Notes under the pieces: generated by a model
Told to the model about the DNA's origin: nothing
What the model saw: only the letters and a program-made list of their open reading frames with translations
Database searches by the model: none
Source: Octopus sinensis
Lineage: Eukaryota
DNA length: 64,000 bases
NCBI RefSeq assembly: GCF_006345805.1
Contig: NC_043015.1
Coordinates: 10,602,001 to 10,666,000, forward strand
Reading direction: 5' to 3'
Position numbers and translations under genes: made by a program
Shown here: one piece after another, positions 41,525 to 56,446 of the stretch
Position numbering within the stretch: position 1 is the first letter of the stretch
Layout: each line of letters starts with the position of its first letter

Positions 41525-41720
41525 AGTCGAATACGGATACGAACACGAATACGAATACGAATACGAAGTAGAAGCAGAAGAAGAAGAAGAGGAGAAGAAG
41601 AAGAAGAAGAAGAAGAAGAAGAAGAAGAAGAAGAAGAAGGAGGAGGAGGAGGATGAGAAGAAGCAGCAGAAGGAGAAGAAAAAGAAGAAGAAGAAGAAGA
41701 AGAAGAAGAAGAAGAAGAAG

Positions 41721-41750
<30 letters not shown>
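41525..41750. repeat. (GAATAC)n grading into (GAA/GAG)n tract
   Basis: Direct inspection. Confidence 0.95.
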
Positions 41751-41753
<3 letters not shown>

Positions 41754-42034
41754 TGGTATCCAGCAAAATGATACACTCCATTTAACAAGCTTCTCTTCAA
41801 CTAACGTCTAAAAAATTTCCACACGTTTTGTGACGAATCGTGTCAAGCTTATGGAAAAAAAGTTATTTGCTTTCTTTCGTTGGTAGTGTACTCGAAGACA
41901 AGGCCACGGAAAGAATACTACACACTCATGAACAACTCTGAATCCGCTCTGGTTTTATTGCTTCAGTGAGTAATTCACTGCCAAATACTACATACTTGTT
42001 TTCAAGTTTGTTAATTTATCGATTACTCTCTATA

Positions 42035-42405
42035 CAGTACGGGTAAGAAGCTTGCTTCTTGACCACATGGTTCCGGGTTCAGTTCCACTACATGGCAACT
42101 TGGGCAAGTGCCTTCTAGAATAGCTTCTGGATTTGAGAGAGGAATTTGTTGACGAAAACTGAAAGAAGCCCGTCGCTAATATGTGTGTATGCATATGTGT
42201 GAGCAACCCGCCCCCCGAAAGAAAAAACCACTTGGTAACCAGTGTTGATGTGCTTACATCTCCGTAACTTAGCAGTTTAGCAAATGAACCCGATAGGATT
42301 ACCACCAGGTTTTAAAATCTATCCTGGGGTAGATTTGCTCAACTAAACACCCTTGAAGTGGTACTCCAGCATGGCTACAGTCAAATGACTGTAACAAGTA
42401 AAAGA
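42035..42405 (+). mobile_element. SINE family A
   Basis: ggtaagaagcttgcttc...ggttccgggttcagttccac...ggcaagtg...gaaactgaaagaagcccgtcg...ccagcatggctacagtcaaatgactgtaacaagtaaaaga. Confidence 0.88.
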
Positions 42406-42841
42406 TTAAAATAATAAAGCAGAATATATTCCAAACTACAACCGTCACTCACAGAAAAGCATTACTCGAAATATCTACCATCCATCCAATAATTATTTCA
42501 ACCGAAAATGTAGCCAAATCTGCAACTTTGATCGAATGGAACATCTTGGTTGCCTCTACTGACAGTAGAGGTATTTGAACCACAAATAGGCCAGTAGATT
42601 TTACTGATCCCGAAAGTATTAAAGACAAAACATCAGCAGATTGCAACACTAATCACAAGGAAATAAATAAAACCTGGCTACATATTCTCTACGATAATTG
42701 AACTTTCCTGTCAAAAGGCGGTTTCGCAACATATTTTAGCCACACATGTATCACCGGTACAAAAATACATTTATTCAGAATTTATTTGGTACCATTTCTA
42801 CCTTAACATCTGTGACAGCATATATATGCACACATATACAT

Positions 42842-42945
<104 letters not shown>

Positions 42946-43599
42946 TCTAAAAGCATGTGCCGGCATGTGTATGCAACAATGTAATGCGTTGTGTATTAGT
43001 GCTTCTTTGATTCATCAATAATGCAGATTTCCTTTTAGCGAAATCTATAAATTCTTTTGTAAATCAAAACTTTTTGAAAAACCATTACCAATGAAGCAAT
43101 TATAGAATCGAATGGAAACACAAGCTAAAATTAACAAAATAAGATGTAAAAAATAAGATATTTTGACAAATGAAAGAAAATATTCATAAGAAGTTTTTTT
43201 TTTTTAAAAAAGAAACAAATGAAAAAAATAACAAGCGAAAGAAAAGAAAGAAGCGTTTATTTGAAAGTACTGAAAATTATATCTTAATGTACCGGAATAC
43301 GGCGAATAAACATTCCAAGATATGAAGAAATTTTAAAATATTCCGATATCTAATTTCTATTTGTTGCTCTTTTATTTTTCGACGTTATATTTTGTTCTTA
43401 TATATTATTTATTTTTATCTTCTTTTTCTTCCGCTTCTGTTTGTTGTCTTTGTAACTTGAAAAATCGTGTTCTTGTTTTTCTGCGTATTTTTCTTTTTTG
43501 TATTTTTTGTTTCGTCCGTTTTCCTTTCGTTTTCATATTTCTTCTTTATTTTCGTTTTCTATTATTTCTTTCCTAATATTATTTTCATTAATTATTAAT

Positions 43600-43657
43600 A
43601 TATTTAATATTATTACCATTATAAATGATAAGAATAACATTATCATTATTACTATTA

Positions 43658-43724
<67 letters not shown>

Positions 43725-43733
43725 CATTATTAC

Positions 43734-43778
<45 letters not shown>

Positions 43779-43787
43779 CATTTTTAC

Positions 43788-43818
<31 letters not shown>

Positions 43819-43960
43819 TATTATTATTATTATTATTATTGTTATTATTATCATCATCATCATCATCATCATCATCATGATCATTATTATTATTAGTGTT
43901 GTTGTTGTTTTGTTATTATTTCTGTAATATTATTATTATTATTATTGTCATTACCATTAA
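43600..43960. repeat. (ATT)n/(CAT)n microsatellite
   Basis: Direct inspection. It explains the poly-I/L/N ORFs. Confidence 0.95.
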
Positions 43961-44360
43961 TATTATTAGTATTTGTATTAACACTACTGATACTATCAAT
44001 ATTTTCTTTACAATTCACGCATCTCTTCTATTTGTATTGTTTTTATGAATATTACTAACCAGCAGCATCATGTCCATAGTAATCGTCATTAAGTTTCATG
44101 GATTTATTATTTTTAAATGCAATTCTTTTTATTAAATATGTCCGCCTTTGATGTCAGAAGCAATTAATAATTATAGTATCAGTTTTATTTTCAATGGTGA
44201 AAATTGTAATTAAATTTCACCTTGAGGGGGATAAGTCATTAAAACAATTTTTACTTAATCAAGCTAGAGCATAATGTTGCGATTAATACACACAGTAATA
44301 CTTAAAAAAGAAAGATAATTACGTAGACATTCACTCAAATAACATATATATTGTATATGT

Positions 44361-44407
<47 letters not shown>

Positions 44408-44540
44408 ATATATATATACATACATATATGTATATCTGTGTGTGTGTATACATGTATGTGTTTGTGTATGTGTGAGGAAAAATATATAATTATAAGCACA
44501 GAGACACATTCTATATTCCTACATACACACACACACATAT

Positions 44541-44584
<44 letters not shown>

Positions 44585-44645
44585 TTATACATTTACACAT
44601 ACATACGTATATGAATATACATATATAGTTGTATGCATATATATA

Positions 44646-44724
<79 letters not shown>

Positions 44725-45493
44725 CATATATATTCATGTATGTATGTGTGCGTGCGTGTGTGTTTATGAAAAAAAATAAACTTATATAAAAATACGCTTC
44801 CATACGCATACACATGAATCCACGACAAATGTGAACAGAATTTTACGTTGTATATACCTATATGGAAAGAGTTTGTTAGACAGGATATAAATTCTCGAAT
44901 ATCATCGATACAAAAAGTATGAGAACAATGCTGACAGGTGTGTGTGGGGAAGTGCATATATGTACATTTATATATGCAAACACACTAGTTCTGATCAACA
45001 TCTATCGGCTTTTAATCTCCTTTGGAGTAGTCCCCGTGTTAAGGCACACACTTTATCCCCCCTCGTGTACATTGGTGGAAGCCTTCCTTGAACTTTATTT
45101 TGGAAACAGCGAGCAGCTGTCTTGTGGATTTTCTTGGATTTGCTCGGTGTGCTCAAATCTAAGAAGACTGAGCTATTGTTTCGTGGTCATATCCTTGGGT
45201 TGCTATATGTGCTGACCGTTTTCGCCTTTCTAGTGGATAAAGCGCGATTTTCTTTTTGAGACGACAACATTCTTCACATACCATTTCAAGTTATGCAATG
45301 AACAACGGATGCCGACGGGCCCATTGTCACCCTTTGTGGCTACACGAAGGATTTTAAGGCCAATGTGAGTAAAGTGTATTTTGGCTTCGTTACTGAGACG
45401 GTGTTTTGGTTTTTGCAACAGACTCGGCACTATTTTATCAGACCCTCTCTCTTTCACACTCTCTCTCACTATATATATATACATATACGTATG

Positions 45494-45572
<79 letters not shown>

Positions 45573-47701
45573 TGTGTGTGTGTGTGTGTGTATCTATAGC
45601 TATATAGTTAGCAAGCTAGCTAGCCGTTTTATATATATATATACCTTTATGGATAGATAGGCATACATACATGTGCGGGCACACAAGTATTTGTATATGA
45701 GCTAGTCATCAACTTGGGTCAATCATAACTCCATGCAATTCTTACACTCGAAACAGCTTCGTTCACACCTGAAACATGGGCCACATTTCAAAATTCTTTA
45801 TTGGAAAAGTGCCCGATAAAATTCCTTATATCGAAGTGAATATACACATATGAAATTTTAATATGCTTTTTAAGCAGAAAAATATGTTTATTTCTATTTA
45901 CTTTTGAGATAATATTATTGTGGAATTGAAGTTAAATAATGAAAACTTCCAGTACGCTCCTGCCATTCAGTGACATTTTGGCGATTTCAGACTTTCTAGG
46001 TAAAGAACCAAAATGTTACTTAAATTCATTTTCATAGTTCAGCACATTACTAATTTATTTCTGATTTATTTCAAATGCCAATCTTCTGTTTATACCGCTA
46101 GATTCGCAAACTGGCACTTGAAATATATTGTACCACATAAATATGTCACAGCGAAATCCATTATTTTTTTTTATTCCTCAATCCCATGAATCCCAAAGTT
46201 GTTCCTCACACTGACAAATAATTCCATAATGCAAGAGGTATGCGAAAACATTGCGGATGCAAGACTTGGAAATTTTATTTTTGTTACATTAACGACATAG
46301 AGTTTTTACTATTTTATTTTATTTTACGTTTCCTCTCATTGCACTATATTGTTTATATGTCAAATTTAAATTCAAAAACAACTGCAACATACAGTATCCA
46401 ATGACCTGTTTTCTTTTTATCAGAGTCTTTAACAATTCAATACATATATCGTTACATGCTTGCATATGTTCACAGGAAAATTGCTTTGTAAAAAATTATT
46501 GGGATGTAAAATCTTGGGAAAATATTATTGAGGATCTACGTTGGAGTATACAACAGAATTACACACAACAAAATTAAAAATATCTGGATTACAAACAACA
46601 GATCCCGAACCGTAACGAAACGCCTTATACCTTTCCAAATGCGCACAAACTTTGTTGAGAGGTACACAGTGATCTATGTTATGTGAAAACTTAGATGATA
46701 TGTGAATATGTGAATACTTAGATGATGCCTAAATAGCAATCAAAACGCTTCGTTTCCCTCTGTTATAAAATTGTATTGGTAAATAATAATGAATTTGAAA
46801 AAATGCTACATTCATATATGCACACACATGCATGCATACATTCACACACACATTCAAATATACACTATAATATATTCACACACACTGACGTGTACTGACA
46901 CAAACAGCAGCACACACCCTCAGACACATATACCTGGGTATGGAATATCAATATCGTTCGATGATGTAAATGTAGCAGTTCAAACGAATGTCTTATAAAC
47001 TAGAATGTACGTGGATGATTGTTCCATAGGAACGTGTACCAATAACGGAAATCTTCCGGCAGTAACCATGTGATAATCTCCCTCACAAGACATAGGCTGA
47101 CCTAACTCAATACAGAATTCAATTTGTATGAGAAGTTATTTACTGAGATAGAACTGGGAACGTTGAAACTGTAAACAGGACGTGTTCTAGCATCGGCCAT
47201 ACTGCACCGACGTGTATGTATATCTGCATGCATGTATGTTTGAATTTATATATGTATGCGTAGGGGTGAGTGTGTGTTTTCGTAATAATATGCAGATGTT
47301 AACGAGTAACTCAGCAGCGAAGAGATACGTTTGATACGTGCCAAATGCGAAACTTATGGACCTTCAACTGCGTTATAATTCTGATGACAATTGATATAAA
47401 GTTTGTGTATTTGTGCATGTGAATATAAATATATATAATAATATATATTATATATATATATATATATAGATATATATTGTATATATATAGACAGAGAGAG
47501 AGATACATAAATACATACATATATACATACATACATATATATATTATATATATGTATGTATGTATGTATCTCTCTCTCTCTCTGTCTCTCTCTATATATA
47601 CATATATATATGTACATATATATTATATATGTATATATATATATATATATATGTATGTATATGTATATATATAGACAGAGAGAGATACATACATATATAC
47701 A

Positions 47702-47736
<35 letters not shown>

Positions 47737-48181
47737 GTATATATATATATATATATATAATCAAAATAAGGAACATGGATAACAAGAGGTAATGCAGTAC
47801 GACCGTTTCATGCAACTCCATTTATTTGAACAAAACAATCATTACATCAATTTAAAATGTAGAGCAATCTTCACCTGCACAAAGGCATCGAATTTTATTA
47901 AATTAGAACTGATAGGCACATTAGTATAATTACACCTAAAATTCCAAGAAATTAAGGAGATAGATAAAGAACATTTTATTTCTACTTCAGTATAGAAGTT
48001 ACTAAAATTATTCGGAAGACTCTGCCTGCTACTGATTTTTTGTCTTTAGAGGGTCAGTTTTTAGATCCAACGCTGAGAGAACAGAGGGCAGTATCTGTTA
48101 TGGTTAGGGCTGAGTGAAATAGACGGATCTACCGTACTAAACTTTGGTGCCTCAACTTAAGTAACATATTCATCTGACTAT

Positions 48182-48218
<37 letters not shown>

Positions 48219-48219
48219 C

Positions 48220-48274
<55 letters not shown>

Positions 48275-48374
48275 CAATAATAAAAGGGTAAAATTAATTA
48301 ATTATTAATTAATAATTTTACCAAGTAATGTTCAGTATGTAAAAAGACCGTTTACGGTATATTTAAAACATTAT

Positions 48375-48842
48375 GTTATATAATTAGGGTTCAGAAAATA
48401 ATTTACTTTACCACAAACCGAACTTTTAGAAATAGCAGCCAAAAAATATTAGGTATTTCCTCTACTATAAGAAAAGTCTCATTCGTACTTTTTGAATTCG
48501 TTAGTATTAGCAGTACAAGATGGTTTGTCTGGGATTACTCATATCAGACGAGTATGTTCGATTTTTAGTGCTCTCAAATTCAAACCTAAAGAAATCTTGG
48601 GGTGATGTCGGAAATGTTGATCTCTATATCCAACTAATCCAGAAACGGCGTTCTCAAGTAATCGATGTACGTTTGATCTTTCGTTATTTTTCCCTCTATA
48701 CCTGCGTGAATTATTTTTGAGTATACATTATCTGGGAGACTTTTCTTATAGTCGAAGAAATAGCTAAAAGTTTTTGGCTGCTATTTCTAAAAGTTCGGTG
48801 TGTGGTAAAGTAAATTATTTTACTGATCCCTAATTATATAAC
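48375..48842. mobile_element. MITE/foldback element with ~106-bp terminal inverted repeats and ~255-bp core
   Basis: Left arm gttatataattagggttcagaaaataatttactttaccacaaaccgaacttttagaaatagcagccaaaa...aagaaaagtctc (48375-48480) is mirrored at 48736-48842. Confidence 0.9.
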
Positions 48843-48848
48843 GTAATG

Positions 48849-48887
<39 letters not shown>

Positions 48888-49710
48888 CTTACAAACCCAT
48901 ATATAGATACACGCATTAACATGCATGCATCTATCCATAATCTCTGCATGGACATCTGCACGCAAGTTAAGGAAGCTTAGTTATTTTCATATTTAGTAAT
49001 TATTAGGGCATACTACATGCTGCAAAATTTCTCAAAAATATTTACTTTCTCCATTTCAGATAGAATTTTTCTGTATTCACTTATGATTCAGCTTTTAGAA
49101 CCGACATTAAATATTTAGTGATTATAATGGAACATTGTGGTCTTGTTCATTTCTCTATTGCTGTTGTTCATTTGTTTTCTTTATTATCATTATTCCTTCA
49201 AAGAAATTGTCTGTGTTCCATTCAAATAGTCAACATTTCGTTGCAATTTCAGCACACTTATGTTCTTTCATTTATTTCTTTTGCCGTTGTTGTTGATTGG
49301 GTCTTTAAAGGCAGAATTTGATCAGTTAAGCATTTCATTGGTCCATTGGCGTTGTAATTAGCAGGCAAGCGAGTGTCAGATTAGTGAATATAATTCAATC
49401 TCATTAAAAGTTCTATTAAGATTTTAATTCAAAGTAATCTAAAACCGCTAAAAAATTAATGAAATTTAAATGCTCAGAAAATAAAGTGTTTGCTACTGTT
49501 TACTTCTAATATTTTACTTCAATTTATTTAATTGCTTTTTTACCCTATATATCTTTCTCTCTTTCTTCAAATCTAAATATCCAATCAAGAAGAAACCAGT
49601 TAAATTGATTATTGATTGGTTTAAATTTTGTCCACTGTGTGCAGATCAGGATGTTTCTGTTTAGAGAAATTCTAGAATATGTGAGAATTATTATTATTTT
49701 GATTCTTCTT

Positions 49711-49811
<101 letters not shown>

Positions 49812-50074
49812 CATTATTATTATTGCTTCCCAGTTTTGTGCACAATAAAGCCCATGTTTATCTGGTGAAATGAAAATGCAATATATTCCCTGTACAATAT
49901 TTATGAGCTTCTAGACAACAATAGAATGATTCCTAAAATATATATTGCCATCAACCGAGGTACCAAACAATATCTCGTTCCTCTGTGGCCATTTTACACG
50001 ACGTGTGAAATATCAATAGATAAGTGAGTGTATGTATGCATGTATATACATATTCTTTTATGTATATACATATT

Positions 50075-50280
50075 CTTTTATTCAGTCATTTGACTGCGGT
50101 CATGCTGGAGCACCGCCTTTAGTCGAACAAATCGACCCCAGGACTTATTCTATGCAAGCCCAGTACTTATTCTGCCAGTCTCTTTTACCGAACCGCTAAA
50201 TTAAAGGGACATAAACACACCATTATCGGTTGTCAAGCGATGTTCAGGGTACAAACACAGATACATACACATATACACGC

Positions 50281-50352
<72 letters not shown>

Positions 50353-50515
50353 GACGGGCTTCTTTCAGTTTCCGTCTACCAAATCCACTCACAAGGCTTT
50401 CGTCGGCCTGAGGCTTATAGTAGAAGACACTTGCCTAAGGTACCTCGCAGTAAGACTGAACCCGGAGCCATGTAGTTGGTAAGCAAGCTACTTACCACAC
50501 AGCCTCTCCTGCACC
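50075..50515 (-). mobile_element. SINE family A, full length
   Basis: cagtcatttgactgcggtcatgctggagcaccgcc...internal (AT)n...cgacgggcttctttcagtttccgtctacc...aagctacttaccacacagcctctcctgcacct. Confidence 0.92.
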
Positions 50516-53500
50516 TATGTATACCTATGTATGTTATGTGTAGCTATATTTGTGCGTGTGAGTGTGTGTGAATGTATATGTCTGTCTCTCTGTGAATGTG
50601 TCTAATTTATATGAGGTTTACAGGTGTTCAAGAATTTGGGCATAGACACCAATCCCAAACTATGAGAAACATACTTGTAACATATCAATATGCAGAAGGC
50701 ATCAAACCATAGTCAAATAAAATCAGGGTCTGAGTCAAAACAATGTTTCTGAAGAACATATTTAGACGGAGAATAACACTCTTCAATCCTAAGGTTGTTA
50801 GACACAAGTGAAACACAGCCATAATAATTGATATTATATTAGCTGAGTGACTATTCTTGTTATAATCATGATAGCCCATCCTATGTGCAAGTGAGTTTAA
50901 AATATAATATCTACATGCGGTTAGGAGTCATTCTGTACGCGTCATGGGACCATATATAGATCTTAGACCTTGTAAATGAAATATAATTGACGGATACAGA
51001 ATAACACTCTCTCTATGTCACCATCAGATTAATAGACAATTTGACTTGCCTTTGACGTATAGACGCTACAGTGTAGAATGAAATAGAATATATAGGATTT
51101 TAGTGAAAAAAAAGTATTGGTGACGAAATTCAAAGTAATTCTATAATTTCTGCGATCTCGTTTTACGTATTAAAATCGTATACTAAGGTGAGTAGCTTGC
51201 ATACATATTACAAATGATTGCATAATATTTTTATTAGGGCACTCAACAAAGTGTTGAGACGTTTTGAGATGGGTGATATCACGTTGTATTGCCAGGATTC
51301 AATAAAGAAGAAGCGTTTTATGCTTTGTTTCTGAAGAAGAAGCAGGATTAGATATCAACAGGATTAGATATCAACCCAAAATTGATTTTACATATACCAC
51401 CTGTTTTATATTTACAAGAACAGATATTGGTTGACTTTTACAGAAATGCATTTTTTTATTACCACGTTTGACATGGAAAGAATTTTCTCCATACCTTACT
51501 AATCTACATTCACACAGAAGCTGACGGCGCTAAATATGATATACGACATGATTTGTTAGGAAATTCCAGTGTGTTTTTCCTTTATTTGACTCGTAGTAAG
51601 ACACACATATGTCCACAAGATAGACTCTTTTTTTATGTCTTTCTTCAACAATTTCAAATACATTGCTACTGTCGTAATGCATAGGACTGGTCGTAATGCA
51701 TAGTCCAATGGAACTCAGAAGATAATCGACGAAAAGATGAGAGTAGCGTTAGACGGAAAGATCAAAGTAGAAGGAACGAGTTCAACTAGTTGACTGGTGC
51801 GAAAATCTTCAAGATATGAGATGAGACAATAGCACATTTTGGTTTTGAAACCTATGTAGAAATGTTGAGAGATTTCAAGTCAATTAGTAGTTTGACACTA
51901 ATTGCATGTCATGTAGGAGCTGTCTGTGTGTAACGGCAACGATCTCGCAAATGTAGAAGCTTGAATCCATATCGAATCACCTGATATCTTTCGATCAGAT
52001 ATATGCCGTACTTTTAGACGTCAGAGGAAAGATAGAGAGATGGTGACACTGATCATTTATATGGCTTGAGGACGTCCAGTGGGGGCGAATGTTCACGTTT
52101 AGTGAATGTAAACTGCATTATTGAGATTATATTTTTAAAAAATTGTATTGTCACCAGCCTCCGATAAATAAATGAATGATTTGTTGTCTTTCCTTTGAAA
52201 TTTAAATCAAACATTCATAAACTGGATAAGATATTTGCTCAAAGTTTGATTTCCCGAAAATCTCCCACTCTCTGTCTCACTCTCTCTCCCTCATATCAGA
52301 TTTTGGTTGACGTTTACAACCAAATCATGGTTGGCACAGATATGTGTACTCCATATAATTAATACATTTGTTGATTTGTCAAAATTGCTCTCTGACCTCC
52401 TCAGTTGGAACTGATCAGTAAAATGGATTCACTACAACTGTTTGACTGTCAGTATAAGTCTTATAGGCCTCAACATTTCTCTGGCTTCTTTAATTTTGAG
52501 CTTACGAACTTACGTGCCCTTCATACGCATAGTGATAGCTCTTGAACTTGTGGTCACATCACTTGTCGTTACTAGATACCAGAAGCAAACGTTTGCATGA
52601 TTAAAATGTAGTTTAACTCCAACAGTATAACTTTTACCTTTATTGGTCTTCCTCTTCTTACCGAAGAGAATAACTTTACATACACAACTACAGAGATACG
52701 GCTGTGTGTGTATGTGTGAGTGCGTGTGTGTATGTGTGAGTGTGTGTGTGATTGTGTGCGCGTGCGTGTTTATACACGCACACACACACAGACAAGTGTA
52801 TGTACACATACATACGCATATATATGGTCAGCACAAGTGGATATTTGCCGTATGAAAAGCAAGAACCTACAACATAGAGCAGACGAATAATTTTCAAGAA
52901 TGTATCTTTAGTATGATAGGATTATTTCAAAGAAACGAATTTGACCTAAGATAAATAATACAACTTGGCAAGTGGCAACGACAGCGACTAAGGCAAACTG
53001 AAATACCATACGAGATAAATATTTGATTTACTGAAACTTTTTTCGCCTTTAGTGATAATGTAAATTTCAATGCATAAAAAAGGAGGAATATGACTGCAAA
53101 TGTTTTTATAGATATATGATATCGTAACAAAAATAAATATCTCCGCTTTCATAGAAAGCAGAATAATCGCTTGGCGGTAACTGAGACCAGCTGTAAATGA
53201 GGATAGGATATAACTCACAGAAAAGACAATTTTCAAAAATTAACATATCATTAATGAGAAGAGAAAATGCTTGACTAGAGACAAGAGGATACCTATGGAC
53301 ATGAGTTTTGTCTCCTTACTAGTACAGCATGTGCCTTATTTTGTCTCCATAACTATATAACAAAGTAAAAGAGCTAAACTTACATGAGTTTACCATTTCC
53401 TATGAATATTAAATATGTCTTGTTCCAGTATATTGTATGATATATCGATGCTTTCGTTGCTGTCTGTCATAAAATTGCGATGTTGCTGATATAAGATATA

Positions 53501-53759
53501 ATAATCGGTTTTGCACTAATATAATAAAATTTTGGGGTCTATATTGACCGCTAGCGTTTTAAGATCGCCTCATGGCACAGTTATATATGTCACACAATTT
53601 CCCAAAAGTTTAAGTATAACATGATTTCACTGCTCTAAGATTCGTTTCGTTCATCATTTTCAGTCACTTTATTTATCGTTTTAATAATTCAATATCTGGC
53701 AGCCAGCGAGAGCTGTGCTTCTTCTATTTGGAACTCTTACCCACTTTTATCACTGTACA

Positions 53760-55500
53760 GAAACGAGAGAGTGCCAGTAAAAGGAAGCCACTGTTTCCTA
53801 CAATATCATCGAACAAGCCAGATCATGTGATAAGCAACGGGAGAGAGTGACATGTGGCACTTCTTAGACAGCAAAGTATTCACAATTGGACTACTGCATA
53901 GAAAAACTTTGCTGTTATGATTTGGAGGTCGAAAATCAATTAACTTTTGAAGTGTTTCGACCGCAAGGCAACACATCACCTGGCACATATTGGATATTTG
54001 CCGTAACAAACTTATGAGGCCTAGATAAATCTCTGTGATTGTTCACATCTATACGGGATATTATACCAATAATAGTCCATGCTAATAACAATTCATATCC
54101 GGTACTGGGTGTCTTTATTCTCTCTCAACATTTGTATGCGTTGTCTGAGATGACAGCAAGCTTGTTGTCACAGGTTCTTTGAATTGTGATCAAAATTTCA
54201 CTGTTCCTCATCTTTGTTACATCCACTTATCACATTGTTCGAGTGCGATTGTTATGAATAGGAGAGCGGATAGTAACATTCCCCTTTAATCGTATCAGTC
54301 TATGGTCAGATCAATACTACCAATAGAGAAAGAACGTTTTACCCGGACATCTTCCCTGATGGACGACTTCATGATTATGCAATCAATAAGGAGATATTGG
54401 CTTGATCGAGGAAGTCTCCAGGTAGTTTCGTGGTGGTCGGGGATTTGGAAAATAGTATTGGGAATCAAAACTCCATTGTTACAGCAAAGTGATAGCAGCT
54501 GATATCTTTATTTGTTTGCCTTGTTAAACTCATGTTTCTCTATTGCGTCACACCTTATGGATGTATCACAACATACTCGTGCATTGACATCACCATCACT
54601 GAACACTTCATTTGAGTTCATGGCTGGAGCTTAGTAGCTTAAAATAGTTTTTCCGATGCAGATACGCAATGACATTGGTCTTCACTAATGCCAACAGGCC
54701 AACATTCAAGATATCATTTCGAATACCAAACCTAAAATGTAATTTTATCTTTAATTTCTACTGCTTAACCATCCATAAATAAGTGTATTCACCATAAAGT
54801 TTCTGTAGCTGGTCACAATCCGCTAATCTGGTTTCTGAAAGAGCTGCTTTTCCAAAGCATTTTTGCCTTCAGGATATTGGCAACGAAAGCGGTCCTGAGT
54901 TCTATGATTTTCTTGCTGTCCCGAAAAGTTCTCACATACCAACATGCAATGAAAATATTTTAGTTTTTTTTTTATTTTGTTTTATTTTCGATTTGCAGGT
55001 CTGGTTACACAGTCATTTGCATTTAATGACAAGTGGCAATGCGAGTAAGCACTTTTTAGGCCACATTTTCTTGATCCCGCTCTCCATAGGATGAAAGCAG
55101 TGCAATCCTAAATAAGGGTTGCTTTGTTGTGAATGGACAGGAATTGTACACATGTTGTGCAAATCGGTCTTCTGCCTCTCACCATCAATATGCAAATTTC
55201 AAGCTAATACCTTCCAGTGACATCCTTCAGCGGTTCTCCTCGCCATCCCTTCATCGTCATAGCTATGTTTTGGTGGTGGTGCGGGGTACACCTCAAAAAC
55301 CTGACGGTGTTATTTGCTCAGAGCATTTCATTGAACTCCTTGCACCTGGTCTCCTTCATAGTCTTCATTACCTGTGCAGCACAATGCATATTCGCTCCAT
55401 CAAAAATGCATTTACTTGTGCTGGTACCCAATGTGCTACGTATCTAGTCGCTCAATCGCTACAGAACCCAGACTGCCCTATGAGTAAGAAAATGCTGATA
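53760..55500 (-). mobile_element. RTE-clade (BovB-like) non-LTR retrotransposon, 5' region and AP-endonuclease remnant
   Basis: Minus-strand fragments ACWYVRT, AALSETRL, GDVNARV, LLSLCCNNGVLIPNTIFQ...TTWRLPRSSQYLLIDCII match RTE endonuclease motifs (WNVRT, AALSETRL, GDFNARVG, NTxF, TWxHPRS..LIDYI). There are many stops and frameshifts. Confidence 0.85.
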
Positions 55501-55933
55501 GTGTACATGAACTAAGGTAACTGTCAGTAACTACAAACCTAGTTATATATCAAAGTTTTCCTTCTAGATGGTTTGTATTCACCAAGGCTAACGAGCCCAA
55601 TTTACTCTATACATATATGTAAATAAACATGGGATTTGAGAGCATAAATATGATATATAAAAGCAATATATATATACATATGTACACAGATTTTGCTCTC
55701 CATACCTTCTACTGCCCTTTGATGGGTTTAGACGTTTTCTATTCCTTAATTCACCATGGCTTTAGATTTCTCCGCAATTCCAAACTTAGTAAGGCAACTT
55801 ATGAAATTCTTTCTAAACGAAAATATCTGTAAATATTAAAGTCATAAAACATAAGTATAGATACATACACATGTACATATACACGTACACGCACACATAT
55901 ATGTATATGTATACGTATGAATGTATGTATGCA

Positions 55934-56263
<330 letters not shown>

Positions 56264-56358
56264 TTTCACTTAACTTTGCCGAATTCTACTGGTGAAATTA
56301 TTGATTACTTCTTAATTAATTAATTTTACCCTTTGTTAATATATATATATATATATAG

Positions 56359-56446
<88 letters not shown>

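Noticed and set aside
42550-42572. Perfect 9-1-9 palindrome cctctactg-a-cagtagagg
   Set aside because: It is too short to be a miRNA hairpin or terminator and is an isolated occurrence compatible with chance.
45000-45430. Less AT-rich block, possibly the 3' end of a decayed LINE
   Set aside because: No diagnostic motif was recoverable by manual translation, so it is left unclassified.
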